Assembly (NCBI GenBank): GCA_022826825.1
Contig: JAJDUD010000063.1
Coordinates: 196,512-260,511, forward strand
Source: Acidobacteriota bacterium
GTDB lineage: Bacteria > Acidobacteriota > Vicinamibacteria > Marinacidobacterales > Marinacidobacteraceae
Reading direction: 5' to 3'
DNA: 64,000 nucleotides
How positions within the stretch are numbered: position 1 is the first letter of the stretch; each line of letters starts with the position of its first letter. The notes under the pieces were generated by a model, which searched no databases, was not told the DNA's origin, and saw nothing but the letters and a program-made list of their open reading frames with translations. Below are positions 1 through 8,563 of this stretch, one piece after another. A program made the position numbers and the translations under genes.

Positions 1-656
1 ACCAGGAAGACGGTGGCGCGCCGGCGCACCGCCCGATTCAGCACGCTGAGGGCCTCCGCGATGTCGGTCCCGGCGCCTTCGGGCTCGAAGTAGAGGAGGT
101 CCCGGAGCACCCGGAGACCGTGCCGGCGTCCCTTCCGCGCCGGAAGCCGGATTTCGGGACGGTCGGTGAAGAGCAGCGCGCCGACCCGGTCGCCGGACCG
201 GATGGCCGAGAAGGCGAGTGCCGCGGACGCCTCGGCGGCCGTGGCCCGCTTGAAATCGCGCTGGCTGCCGAACGCGAAGGAACGCGAGACATCGAGGAGG
301 AACAGCACGGTCTGTTCGCGCTCCTCGACGAACTTCTTGACGTGGAGGTGTCCGGTTCGGGAGGTGACGTTCCAGTCCACCGAGCGGATGTCGTCGCCCG
401 GGGCGTACTCGCGGACCTCGGAGAACTCCATCCCCTGCCCCTTGAAGGTGCTCAGGTAGGCGCCCGCCAGCGCCTCGGTCACCAGCTTGCGGGTGCGGAT
501 CTCGATGTGCCGCACCCGGGCGAGCAGTTCCGCGGTGGAGACCTCGGCGGGAGACTCCGGTTCCCCGGAAGGGCTGCGCGGCGAAAACAGCGACGCGAAG
601 AACCCCGTCCGGTCCTTGCCGCGTCCCGTTGCAGCGGACGCGTCTTTCGAGGCCAC
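1..656 (-). CDS. DUF58 family protein, partial (3' end cut by the window edge). Partner of MoxR
   Basis: Minus-strand translation reads ...GQGMEFSEVREYAPGDDIRSVDWNVTSRTGHLHVKKFVEEREQTVLFLLDVS..., typical of DUF58. It runs off the window start. The GTG start at 656 is 24 bp downstream of the moxR stop. Confidence 0.75.
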   Translation of the reverse strand, partial: MASKDASAATGRGKDRTGFFASLFSPRSPSGEPESPAEVSTAELLARVRHIEIRTRKLVTEALAGAYLSTFKGQGMEFSEVREYAPGDDIRSVDWNVTSRTGHLHVKKFVEEREQTVLFLLDVSRSFAFGSQRDFKRATAAEASAALAFSAIRSGDRVGALLFTDRPEIRLPARKGRRHGLRVLRDLLYFEPEGAGTDIAEALSVLNRAVRRRATVFL

Positions 657-679
657 GAGTCTCTCAGGCGGACCGGATG

Positions 680-1675
680 TCAGGGAACCTCCACCGCATC
701 CAGCACCCGCCGGACGATCTCGTCCCCGTCCACTTCCTCCGCTTCCGCCTCGTAGGAGAGGATGAGCCGGTGGCGCATCACGTCCGGCGCCAGGTGCTTC
801 ACGTCCTCGGGGGCAGTGAAGTCCCGGTCCTCCAGGAACGCGCGCGCCCGGGACGCCCGGTAGAGGTCGAGACTCGCCCGCGGCGAGGCGCCGTGCTCCA
901 CGAGCCCGGCGATATCGACCCCGAAGGCGGCGGGATCGCGGGTCGCCCGCACCAGCGAGAGGATGTAGTCGCGAATCCGGTCGTCCACGTAGACCGCCTC
1001 GACGGCGTCCCGGGCGGTGGCGATCTCGTCGGGGCCGAGGACCGGCTCGACGCGCGGTACGGCGAAGTTGGCCATCCGCTTCAGGATGATCCGCTCGTCG
1101 TCCAGCTCCGGAAACCCCATGCGCAGCTTCATCATGAAGCGGTCCACCTGGGCCTCCGGGAGCGGGTAGGTGCCTTCCTGCTCGATCGGGTTCTGGGTCG
1201 CCAGCACCACGAACGGCTCTTCCAGCTTCCAGGTCTCGTCGCCGATGGTCACCTGGCGCTCCTGCATCGCTTCGAGCAGCGCGCTCTGCACCTTGGCGGG
1301 AGCCCGGTTGATCTCGTCGGCCAGCAGGAAGTTCGTGAACACCGGCCCCTTCCTCGGCACGAAGGTCTGGTCCCGCTGGTCGTAGATGAGCGTCCCGATC
1401 AGGTCGGCCGGCAGCAGGTCGGGAGTGAACTGGACCCGGGAGAAATCGGCCCGCACGCTCTCGGCCACGCTCTTGGCGAGCAGCGTCTTTGCGATTCCGG
1501 GCACCCCCTCGATGAGGAGGTGGCCGCGGGTGAGCAGGCCGATCAGCACCCGCTCCACGACGCCTTGCTGCCCCACCACGACCCGGCCGAGCTCGGCCGT
1601 CAGGCGGTCGGCAAAGGCGGAACGGACCTCACGGCCCTGCGCGGTGAGCTGACTGACTTCGGTGGCGCTTGGCAT
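680..1675 (-). CDS. MoxR-family AAA+ ATPase
   Basis: 331 aa with a Walker A (GVPGIAKT) and a MoxR-like layout. ATG at 1675. Followed by a DUF58 gene. Confidence 0.9.
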   Translation of the reverse strand: MPSATEVSQLTAQGREVRSAFADRLTAELGRVVVGQQGVVERVLIGLLTRGHLLIEGVPGIAKTLLAKSVAESVRADFSRVQFTPDLLPADLIGTLIYDQRDQTFVPRKGPVFTNFLLADEINRAPAKVQSALLEAMQERQVTIGDETWKLEEPFVVLATQNPIEQEGTYPLPEAQVDRFMMKLRMGFPELDDERIILKRMANFAVPRVEPVLGPDEIATARDAVEAVYVDDRIRDYILSLVRATRDPAAFGVDIAGLVEHGASPRASLDLYRASRARAFLEDRDFTAPEDVKHLAPDVMRHRLILSYEAEAEEVDGDEIVRRVLDAVEVP

Positions 1676-1761
1676 CGCTCAAGAAAACTCCCGGAACTCC
1701 CTGGCCGTTCCCGGAATGTTACGCCGGGAGAGGAAGGCCGCTCGCTGTTCCTCCATGGCCC

Positions 1762-1812
1762 GCCGGCTTGGAACGCCGACCTCCGGTCGGCACGCGGCCC
1801 GCAGGGCCGCAA
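1762..1812 (+). repeat. REP/BIME-like element, type B copy. The hairpin is GCCGACC-TCC-GGTCGGC and the flank is CTTGGAACGCC
   Basis: Sequence is GGCTTGGAACGCCGACCTCCGGTCGGCACGCGGCCCGCAGGGCCGCAA. It recurs 120 bp downstream and elsewhere in the window. Confidence 0.6.
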
Positions 1813-1883
1813 GCGCGTAGGGCTGCAGGTCCCGATGGCGCGACGGCGTGCAACGCCTACCTGCGGAGGTGACACCCCCGGCC

Positions 1884-1930
1884 TGAAACGCCGACCTCCG
1901 GTCGGCACGCGGCCCGCAGGGCCGCAACGA
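1884..1930 (+). repeat. REP/BIME-like element, type B copy. Direct repeat of 1762-1812
   Basis: Near-identical 45-nt sequence, ...AACGCCGACCTCCGGTCGGCACGCGGCCCGCAGGGCCGCAA. Confidence 0.6.
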
Positions 1931-2193
1931 CGCTCCGCCACGGGGCCGAGAGGGGGTCTCCGGTCGGGGAACTCCGCCTTTCGCCGTTCTTCCTGTGCTC
2001 GCGCCCATCCACAAGGAACAAGGGAACGACATTCGCCCGCCTGGCGCGGGGCCGTCCCGACGGCCGCGGGAGCGCATCTTCACTCCGACTTTTCCACATC
2101 ACCTCCCGAAGTGGGAAAAAACGGGCCGGAATTCCGTCTAGGGAAGTAGAGGAGGACGCCGCGTCCTCCGGAGCGTTCCCAAAGGAGTTGCCG

Positions 2194-2655
2194 ATGCCCC
2201 AGCCCACCCCGCCGCCGCTCGATCCGGAACCCCCGCCGAAGCCGGTCCCGCCACCGAAGACGCCGCCACCCGGCCCGGACGCCGCCCAGAAAACCACCGG
2301 CGAAGGCGCCATCTTCCACGCACTGCTCGACGCGGGCGTCGAGGCGAAGCTCGCCTATACTGCGGAAAACCGGCTGCAAGCCATGACATCGGAGACCGTC
2401 GCCGCGCGCACCGAGCCGATCCTGCTGGAAGTCCGCGACCTCGCCGCAGAAGTCCGCGACCTCGCTGCGGGAGTCCGCGACCTCGCTGCGGAAGTCCGCG
2501 ACCTCGCCAAGGCCGGGGCCGAACGCGACCGCCGCCTGGACGTGATCGTCGCACGCCTCGACGGGCTGAAACTGCTGGGGCAGATCGTGATCGGGGCCTA
2601 CGTCCTCCTGATCACGGTGCTCATCGCCGTCTTCGGCCTCCTGTTCACCCAATAG
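2194..2655 (+). CDS. Small tail-anchored membrane protein. It has a Pro-rich N-terminus, four EVRDLAA heptad repeats and a C-terminal TM helix
   Basis: ATG at 2194 is preceded by AAAGGAG at 2181-2187. The N-terminus is PQPTPPPLDPEPPPKPVPPPKTPPPGP. The C-terminal hydrophobic segment is IVIGAYVLLITVLIAVFGLLF. Confidence 0.6.
   Translation: MPQPTPPPLDPEPPPKPVPPPKTPPPGPDAAQKTTGEGAIFHALLDAGVEAKLAYTAENRLQAMTSETVAARTEPILLEVRDLAAEVRDLAAGVRDLAAEVRDLAKAGAERDRRLDVIVARLDGLKLLGQIVIGAYVLLITVLIAVFGLLFTQ
2428..2511 (+). repeat. Four 21-bp in-frame tandem direct repeats (GAAGTCCGCGACCTCGC[CT]GC[AG]). They encode EVRDLAA x4
   Basis: Direct reading at 2428-2511. The units are near-identical. Confidence 0.85.
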
Positions 2656-2818
2656 GGCCAGCGCCAGTTCTCGCGGCGTTGCCGCCAGCTCCGCCCGGAT
2701 TCGGCGACGCTCCGGCTTGGAGCCACCCACCATCCCGCCAGCGTTCGCACCGCCCCCTGCCGCTCGGGTAAAATCGCCCTTTCCGAGCGCAGACCGCGCC
2801 TCCCAGACGGAGGGTTTC

Positions 2819-4426
2819 ATGTTCAAGAAAGTCATTCTGGCCGTCGCCGCCCTCGCACTCATCGCGGCGCCCGTCTTTGCCGAGGAGGAATCCGACCTCG
2901 GCACCGTGCACTTCCCGAACTCCGGCTCGGAGGCGGCGCAGGCGGCCTTCCAGCGGGGCGTCGCCGCCCTCCACAGCTTCTGGTACGAGGAAGCCGGCGA
3001 GGCCTTCAAGAACGCCCAGGAGATCGATCCCGACTTCGCGCTCGCCTACTGGGGCGAGGCGGTCAGCCACAACCACCCGCTGTGGTCGGAGCAGGACATC
3101 AGCGCCGCCCGGGAAGTCCTGAAACGCTTCGGGGACACCCGCGCCGCGCGCCGGGCCAAGACCCCGACCGAGCGCGAGCGCCTCTACATGGACACCGTGG
3201 AAGTCCTCTACGGCCCCGGTGACAAGTACGAACGCGACGAGCTTTACCACCAGGCCATGCGGCGGCTCGCCGAGGCCCACCCCGAGGACAACGAGGCCCA
3301 GGCGTTCTTCGCGCTCTCCTACCTCGGGCTCGTCCGACGCGGCGAGCCGGGCTTCCACCGGCAGATGAAGGCCGGCGCCATCGTCACCGACCTCTTCCAG
3401 CGCGAGCCGAACCACCCGGGCGCGGCGCACTACGTAATTCACTCGTTCGACGATCCGGAGCACGCGCCCCTCGCCCTCGAGGCGGCGAACCGCTACGCCG
3501 AGATCGCGCCCGAGGCGCACCACGCGCAGCACATGCCCTCCCACATCTTCGTGCAGCACGGCATGTGGAACCGGGTCTCCGCCTCGAACGACGTGGCCTA
3601 CAACGCCTCCGCCAAGTGGGTTGACCGGAAGAACCTCTCGATCACCAAGCGGGACTACCACAGCCTCGAGTGGAAGGCCTACGCGGACCTCCAGCGCGGC
3701 GTCTATGGCGACGTTCTGGACGCCATCGCCATCGTGGACGACGCGGTCAAGGAAACCGATGACAACCGGCTGCGCCGGATCTCCTCCTCCATGGTGGCCC
3801 GCCACGCGATCGAGACCGGCCGTTACGACGCGATCTCGCTACCGACGGGCGACGTGGATACGAGCCGCTACAACTCGACCGCCAACCTCCTGCTCGCCGC
3901 GGGAATGAAGGCGTTCGCCGAGAAGGACGCTGCGGGCGCCACCGCAGCCGCCGAACAGCTCCGGGCGCTGGCTGACAAGCGGGCTGAGGATGGTGAGACC
4001 TACCAGGCCGACTCCGTCCGTATCCAGCAGCACGAGGTCGAGGCGCTGGCGGCCCAGATCGCCGGTGACACCGAGGGCGCACTGAAGCACGCCAAGGCGG
4101 CCACCAAGATCGAGGAGACCCAGGATCCGCCGTCCGGCCCGACCTACCCGATGAAGCCCTCCCACGAGCTCTACGGCGAACTCCTGCTCGCCGCCGGCAA
4201 GGCGGAGAAGGCCCGCGCCCAGTTCGAGACCAGCCTCACCCGGACCCCGAACCGGACGGCCTCGCTCCTCGGACTCGCCCGGGCAGCGACCGCGCTCGGC
4301 GACCAGGATGCAGCGAACCGCGCCTACGCGACCCTCCAGACCTTCCTGACCGAGGCGGACAGCGACGTCCCGTACCTCGAGGAGGTTCGCAGCCACGCCA
4401 CGGCGACCACGGACATGCAGCAGTAG
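2819..4426 (+). CDS. Secreted TPR-like helical repeat protein
   Basis: The signal peptide MFKKVILAVAALALIAAPVFA starts at ATG 2819. The protein is Ala-rich and helical, with repeat motifs of the ALAYWGEA type. Confidence 0.65.
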   Translation: MFKKVILAVAALALIAAPVFAEEESDLGTVHFPNSGSEAAQAAFQRGVAALHSFWYEEAGEAFKNAQEIDPDFALAYWGEAVSHNHPLWSEQDISAAREVLKRFGDTRAARRAKTPTERERLYMDTVEVLYGPGDKYERDELYHQAMRRLAEAHPEDNEAQAFFALSYLGLVRRGEPGFHRQMKAGAIVTDLFQREPNHPGAAHYVIHSFDDPEHAPLALEAANRYAEIAPEAHHAQHMPSHIFVQHGMWNRVSASNDVAYNASAKWVDRKNLSITKRDYHSLEWKAYADLQRGVYGDVLDAIAIVDDAVKETDDNRLRRISSSMVARHAIETGRYDAISLPTGDVDTSRYNSTANLLLAAGMKAFAEKDAAGATAAAEQLRALADKRAEDGETYQADSVRIQQHEVEALAAQIAGDTEGALKHAKAATKIEETQDPPSGPTYPMKPSHELYGELLLAAGKAEKARAQFETSLTRTPNRTASLLGLARAATALGDQDAANRAYATLQTFLTEADSDVPYLEEVRSHATATTDMQQ

Positions 4427-4445
4427 ATCGACAGATCCTCAGCAC

Positions 4446-4480
4446 CGGGGGCGGCGCACCCGCGCCGCCCCCGTTTTGTG
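4446..4480 (+). terminator. Rho-independent terminator downstream of the TPR gene
   Basis: GC stem GGGGGCGGCGC-ACCC-GCGCCGCCCCC followed by GTTTTGTG. Confidence 0.55.
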
Positions 4481-4506
4481 TACGGCAGGCGGGATGCCCC
4501 CGCGCT

Positions 4507-4929
4507 CTACGCCCCGAGATCGTTCCGCGGAATCAGGGCGGCGTTCCGCATCCGGGAGAGTCGATCGTCGAACGTGTAGAGCGGAACGGCCTCCATCCGC
4601 TGAGCCGCCGCGAGGATCATCCGGTCGGAGAACTCCGGCCCGCCCTGCCCGAATGCAGCGGCTGCATGAGCTACATCGACGGCATTCTCAAACAGCAGAC
4701 CTCGGGTTTCGAGCAACTCCACCAGGATCTCCGCTATCCGTTTACGCGGCAGTCCGTAGCCGTGGCCAAGCACCCACACAAGTTCCACCGATACCTCGCG
4801 CGCAATGAAGCCCGGCTCCTCTGGAGTCAAACGCTCGAGGAGGGCGCTCGCGTCCGCTTGCTGGTCCGGATCGTCGCCGGTGAGAAACCGGACAAGGACG
4901 TTCGTGTCGAGCGCGATCAAGACTCGCAA
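4507..4929 (-). CDS. vapC: PIN-domain ribonuclease toxin, VapC-like
   Basis: LIALDTNVLV PIN motif. It overlaps the upstream antitoxin gene. There is no in-frame ATG, so the start is TTG or GTG near 4929. Confidence 0.8.
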   Translation of the reverse strand: MRVLIALDTNVLVRFLTGDDPDQQADASALLERLTPEEPGFIAREVSVELVWVLGHGYGLPRKRIAEILVELLETRGLLFENAVDVAHAAAAFGQGGPEFSDRMILAAAQRMEAVPLYTFDDRLSRMRNAALIPRNDLGA

Positions 4930-5150
4930 GCGCCCTCGGCGATGGCCCGATCCATGTCTTCGAGCGACAACGGCGGCCCCTGGTGCCGCACGATGCCACG
5001 GAGCCTCGAAATCGGTCGGAGCGGGCGGATTCGCACCACGGAGCCCTCGATCGTGTAGCGGACCCGGTCGCCGGCTTTCAACGCCAAGGCTTCACGCACG
5101 GCCTTCGGCACTGTGGTTTGCCCTCGGGAAGTGATGGTGGACTCGAGCAT
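4917..5150 (-). CDS. vapB: AbrB/MazE (SpoVT-AbrB) family antitoxin, VapB-like
   Basis: 77 aa with ITSRGQTTVPKAVREAL. ATG at 5150 with an AAGGAG RBS. The stop overlaps the vapC start. Confidence 0.75.
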   Translation of the reverse strand: MLESTITSRGQTTVPKAVREALALKAGDRVRYTIEGSVVRIRPLRPISRLRGIVRHQGPPLSLEDMDRAIAEGACES

Positions 5151-5174
5151 GCGGTTCTCCTTTCGCCTTCTATC

Positions 5175-5193
5175 GTAGCATCTGCCTTGCTAC
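5175..5193. promoter_or_regulatory. Inverted repeat GTAGCA-N7-TGCTAC in the vapB promoter region. Candidate auto-operator
   Basis: Perfect 6-bp IR lying 25-43 bp upstream of the vapB start on the minus strand. Confidence 0.35.
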
Positions 5194-5290
5194 AGAGTTT
5201 AGATAAGGCGCTGGGGGCAACGGACGAAGTGGGCCGGTGCGCCCCTGAAATCGACGTGGCGCAGCGTCATCGGCGCTGGTTTCGCGCTCC

Positions 5291-5330
5291 CGCGCGATGC
5301 CGGCCGGAGGCCGGCGGTCCAAGCCGCCGG
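5291..5330 (-). repeat. REP/BIME-like element. It mixes the A flank GCGATGCC, the GCCGGCC-GGA-GGCCGGC hairpin and GGTCCAAGCCG
   Basis: Sequence is CGCGCGATGCCGGCCGGAGGCCGGCGGTCCAAGCCGCCGG. It shares modules with both repeat types. Confidence 0.5.
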
Positions 5331-5369
5331 CGCAGCCGCGCCGACCAGCGGATCCCTCATCACCATCCA

Positions 5370-6275
5370 TCACCGCCGGGCCACATAGCCGGGACGGGCG
5401 CGGACATCCACTCCTCTCCGTTTCACGCGGACCTCGATCGCCACGAATCCCTCTAACCGAGGATTCGGGGTGAAGGACAGGACGTACCGCGTCCGAAGTT
5501 CCTCCAGCACCTCCTGGTAGGCGCCGGCCAGGTCGTCATCCGAGGACACCTCCAGCAGACGGCCACCGCTCGCCTCGGAGACCTCCCGAATCAAGTGAAA
5601 TCCGTCGTCGCTCGGCCCCAGGAATCGAAAGGAATCGCGCGGACGCGCGACGATGGAATAGACGAGCGCCCCGGAGCCCCGTACTGCCGTCATCACCAGA
5701 TCGTCCGGTGACCAGCTCAGGTTGTCGTACGCGTCGGTGAACAACAGGAGCACTCTCCGGCCTTCTTCCCGATGGAGCGCCGCGAGGGAGAGGATCACGC
5801 TGTCCCGAACCGAGGTCGGGCCGCCAGGCTCGATCGTCCGCACGTCGGTCCGGACATCGGCGGCGCAGGGTGCGAACTCGCGAGTCCAGAAGGGTTCCAT
5901 CGAGAATGCGATCACCGCGCACGAATCTCGCCGGGTCAGACCTCCGGCGAAGAGCGCGGCCCCTTCTCCGAGGCGTCGCTGGCGCTCTCCCACGGTGCTC
6001 GCACTCACGTCCATCGCGAACACGACGGCTACGGGCAGCGACGCCGGGTCCAGAAGCCGGAAAGACGTCGCCTCGCCCCCCTCATACAGCTCGAAGTCTT
6101 CCTCGCGGAGGTCCAGGACCGGGCCGCCGTCCGACACCGCAACATCCACGAGCACTGCCTGGCTTTCGACACGGAACTGCGCCAGCGCCGGCGAGGCGGA
6201 GACGCCCGACTCGGCCAGCATGACTGCGCAAAGGCACAGACAGCGCCGTCCCACCCTCCCGCGCAACCGCTTCAT
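5370..6275 (-). CDS. Secreted VWA domain protein with a MIDAS motif. Resembles the VWFA-related acidobacterial type
   Basis: Signal peptide MKRLRGRVGRRCLCLCAVMLA. The DxSxS motif is VVFAMDVSAS. ATG at 6275 overlaps the upstream stop by 4 bp (ATGA). Confidence 0.75.
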   Translation of the reverse strand: MKRLRGRVGRRCLCLCAVMLAESGVSASPALAQFRVESQAVLVDVAVSDGGPVLDLREEDFELYEGGEATSFRLLDPASLPVAVVFAMDVSASTVGERQRRLGEGAALFAGGLTRRDSCAVIAFSMEPFWTREFAPCAADVRTDVRTIEPGGPTSVRDSVILSLAALHREEGRRVLLLFTDAYDNLSWSPDDLVMTAVRGSGALVYSIVARPRDSFRFLGPSDDGFHLIREVSEASGGRLLEVSSDDDLAGAYQEVLEELRTRYVLSFTPNPRLEGFVAIEVRVKRRGVDVRARPGYVARR

Positions 6276-7405
6276 GCGATCCCCGCCATCCGGCGCAGCC
6301 ATGGGAGTCCTTCTCCAAACTCCGCCCACGTGGTGACGAACGCGAGCCACGGACGCGCTTTCTCACGAACCGAAAGGAGATCGGAAGCCAGCTCCGCAGC
6401 CTCGCCCCAGCGTCCGGCAGCTTGCAGCGCGGCAACGAGCGCTGCCACTGCCGCGGGCGAGGTCGGCTCGGCTCGGGTGGCCGCCTGGAGGCCCTCGATG
6501 GCCGGCCGGACACGCCCCTCCCCGAGGTCCAGCTCGGCTTCCAGCAGGAGCCGTGGCAAGCGAAGACGTGGCGCAACCTCGTCGCGAACCTCGCGGAGGT
6601 CCCGGGCCGCGGCGCGCCGGTAGCCCCGCCCGAGGGCCACCATCGCGAGCCGCAGGTGGAGGTCGTCCGGATCTGCCATCGCCTGCACAACGGCGCGCGG
6701 GGACACCCCCGGTTCCGGGAAGCTGCCCGTCCAACGTCCGACACCGTCACGCAGCCCACCCCGCGCGTCGGGCCAGAGATGGTCGTCGCGGAGATACCGG
6801 GCCTGGAACGCACTGGTCGTTGCGAGCTGCCACTCGGCGGCGGGATCTCCGTACTGAGCCGCGTAGCTCAGCACTTGACGGGCGCTCCTGATGTCGAGGT
6901 GCAGGAGGCGGGACCGCGCGGCCATGAGGAACACTTCACGACGCAGCAGGGCGCGCAGGTCTTCGGACGGCCGGACGCCCCAGGCCTCTCGCGCTGATGC
7001 GCGCTGGTCGGCCGGAATGCCGCGCGGCCACCGGGCCGGAATCGCACGGAGCGGCTCTCCGACCAGATGCAGCCGGCGTTCCGATCGCTCCCCGAAGCGA
7101 GCGGCCAGTTCCGCGTGGAACAGCGACGTGGAAAGTCTCGCCTGGAGACCGCGAACGGTGTCCGGCTCCCCGAGCGACTCCAGGTAATCGCGCTGGGCCG
7201 ACAGGAGTTGCCTCGTTCCCGACGTCCGGACGGCGGCATCCACCTCCTGTAGCCGCCCTCGGCGGTACCGCGCAATCCAACCCGCGTACCGTGACCGCCC
7301 CACCTCGCTCCGCTGCGCCACGACCCGAGGGGCGCGCAGCTCGAGCACGGCGCGCCGATCAATTCGCCGCTCCCCAAGCCGTTCCGGTCCAGGGAGCGCG
7401 CTCAT
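6272..7405 (-). CDS. Hypothetical helical protein with no signal peptide and no TM segment
   Basis: 377 aa. ATG at 7405. Translationally coupled to the downstream VWA gene. I recognised no family. Confidence 0.5.
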   Translation of the reverse strand: MSALPGPERLGERRIDRRAVLELRAPRVVAQRSEVGRSRYAGWIARYRRGRLQEVDAAVRTSGTRQLLSAQRDYLESLGEPDTVRGLQARLSTSLFHAELAARFGERSERRLHLVGEPLRAIPARWPRGIPADQRASAREAWGVRPSEDLRALLRREVFLMAARSRLLHLDIRSARQVLSYAAQYGDPAAEWQLATTSAFQARYLRDDHLWPDARGGLRDGVGRWTGSFPEPGVSPRAVVQAMADPDDLHLRLAMVALGRGYRRAAARDLREVRDEVAPRLRLPRLLLEAELDLGEGRVRPAIEGLQAATRAEPTSPAAVAALVAALQAAGRWGEAAELASDLLSVREKARPWLAFVTTWAEFGEGLPWLRRMAGIA

Positions 7406-7429
7406 GGCGGCGAAAGGGCTCCGCCCCTT

Positions 7430-8563
7430 CTACGGGTCCTCGTCGGGTCCGCTGGCGGGCGTGCGTACCAGATCCAGGATGGCTCCCGGATGGGAGACCC
7501 GGATGGCCGCGCCGTCCGCCAGCGAAACCGGCTCGCGGAACGCGAACTTCTCCGCCCAGTCGGAATCGAAGCGGCGGATGCGCAGCAGCGGCGTCACCGC
7601 CCCGTCGTCTCCCACCGCCTCCACCGCGAACCCGTCCGGACCCGGGTCGAGCCCTTCGGGAGGCAGGACGGAGAGGAGCGTTGCCGGGCCGACCGGAGTC
7701 GTTCCCGGCTCGACCGCCAGCATCTCGACCGCGCGGGTCCGGTCCGGGAGGGGCGGGAAGACCACCACCTGGGGCTCGTCCTCGAACTCCAGTCCTTCGG
7801 TGTCGAACCCCTTGCGGTAGGACAAATGGAGGAAGAGACCGGTGTCCTCCGGAAGGCGGTCGAAGACCCCCTCGGGCCGGAGGCGCGGCCCCTGCCCCAC
7901 CACCCAGGTGAAGAGCGGCGCTCCGCTCGCGCAGTCGTCGCCGGCATAGAGCACCGCCCGGCGCAGGATCGAGACCGCTTCACCAGGCACCAGCGCGAAA
8001 CCGGCCGCCGCCGCGCCCACGCCGTCACCCCGGACAAGCGGCCGGCAGACCGCCGCCACGGACTCCATCTCGCCGATGACGACGGGCTCGGTCAGCGTGA
8101 GCCGGCTCACGGGCAGGTCCACCTCGGCACCCGGAGTCTCCGGTTCTTCCTCCGGAGCCGGTCCTTCGGGCGCCAGCCCGATCGCCCAGTCCACGAGCAT
8201 GTCGGTCTCCCGATCGTCGAGCGTCCGGGCGTGAGCGAAATCACCGGTGCCGTCGTCCGGCAACCATGGCGGCATCTGGCGCTGGAGGACCTGCCGGGCA
8301 ATGGAGTTGGCCCACGGCAGCGCGTCCAGGTACCGCATCAGGTTCACCGGCGCGGGGCCGGTCCCCGAGTGACAGGAGGCGCAGTGCCGCTCGAGGAGGG
8401 GGCGGATGTCGCGCCAGTAGCCGTAGCGGGAGAGTTCCGGTTCGTGGGCGCTCGCGGCGCCGAACCAACCCGGGACCGAGACCAGGATCGCGGCCGTCCC
8501 GGCAACGAGGCCGGTCAGCACCGCGGCGATCCGCCCGGGCCGCTTCACTCGACTCCCCCTCAC
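7430..8563 (-). CDS. Putative c-type heme protein with CxxCH, PSCyt1-like N-terminal domain, membrane-anchored or secreted
   Basis: N-terminal hydrophobic segment. IRPLLERHCASCHSG resembles the Planctomycete cytochrome-c domain motif. The GTG start forms a GTGA overlap with the upstream gene. Confidence 0.55.
   Translation of the reverse strand: MRGSRVKRPGRIAAVLTGLVAGTAAILVSVPGWFGAASAHEPELSRYGYWRDIRPLLERHCASCHSGTGPAPVNLMRYLDALPWANSIARQVLQRQMPPWLPDDGTGDFAHARTLDDRETDMLVDWAIGLAPEGPAPEEEPETPGAEVDLPVSRLTLTEPVVIGEMESVAAVCRPLVRGDGVGAAAAGFALVPGEAVSILRRAVLYAGDDCASGAPLFTWVVGQGPRLRPEGVFDRLPEDTGLFLHLSYRKGFDTEGLEFEDEPQVVVFPPLPDRTRAVEMLAVEPGTTPVGPATLLSVLPPEGLDPGPDGFAVEAVGDDGAVTPLLRIRRFDSDWAEKFAFREPVSLADGAAIRVSHPGAILDLVRTPASGPDEDP

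Noticed and set aside
629-2149. A 506-aa plus-strand ORF that overlaps moxR and the REP region
   Set aside because: It is the antisense or shifted frame of the well-supported MoxR gene. Its product is low-complexity and Arg/Pro/Gly-rich, as expected in 70% GC DNA.
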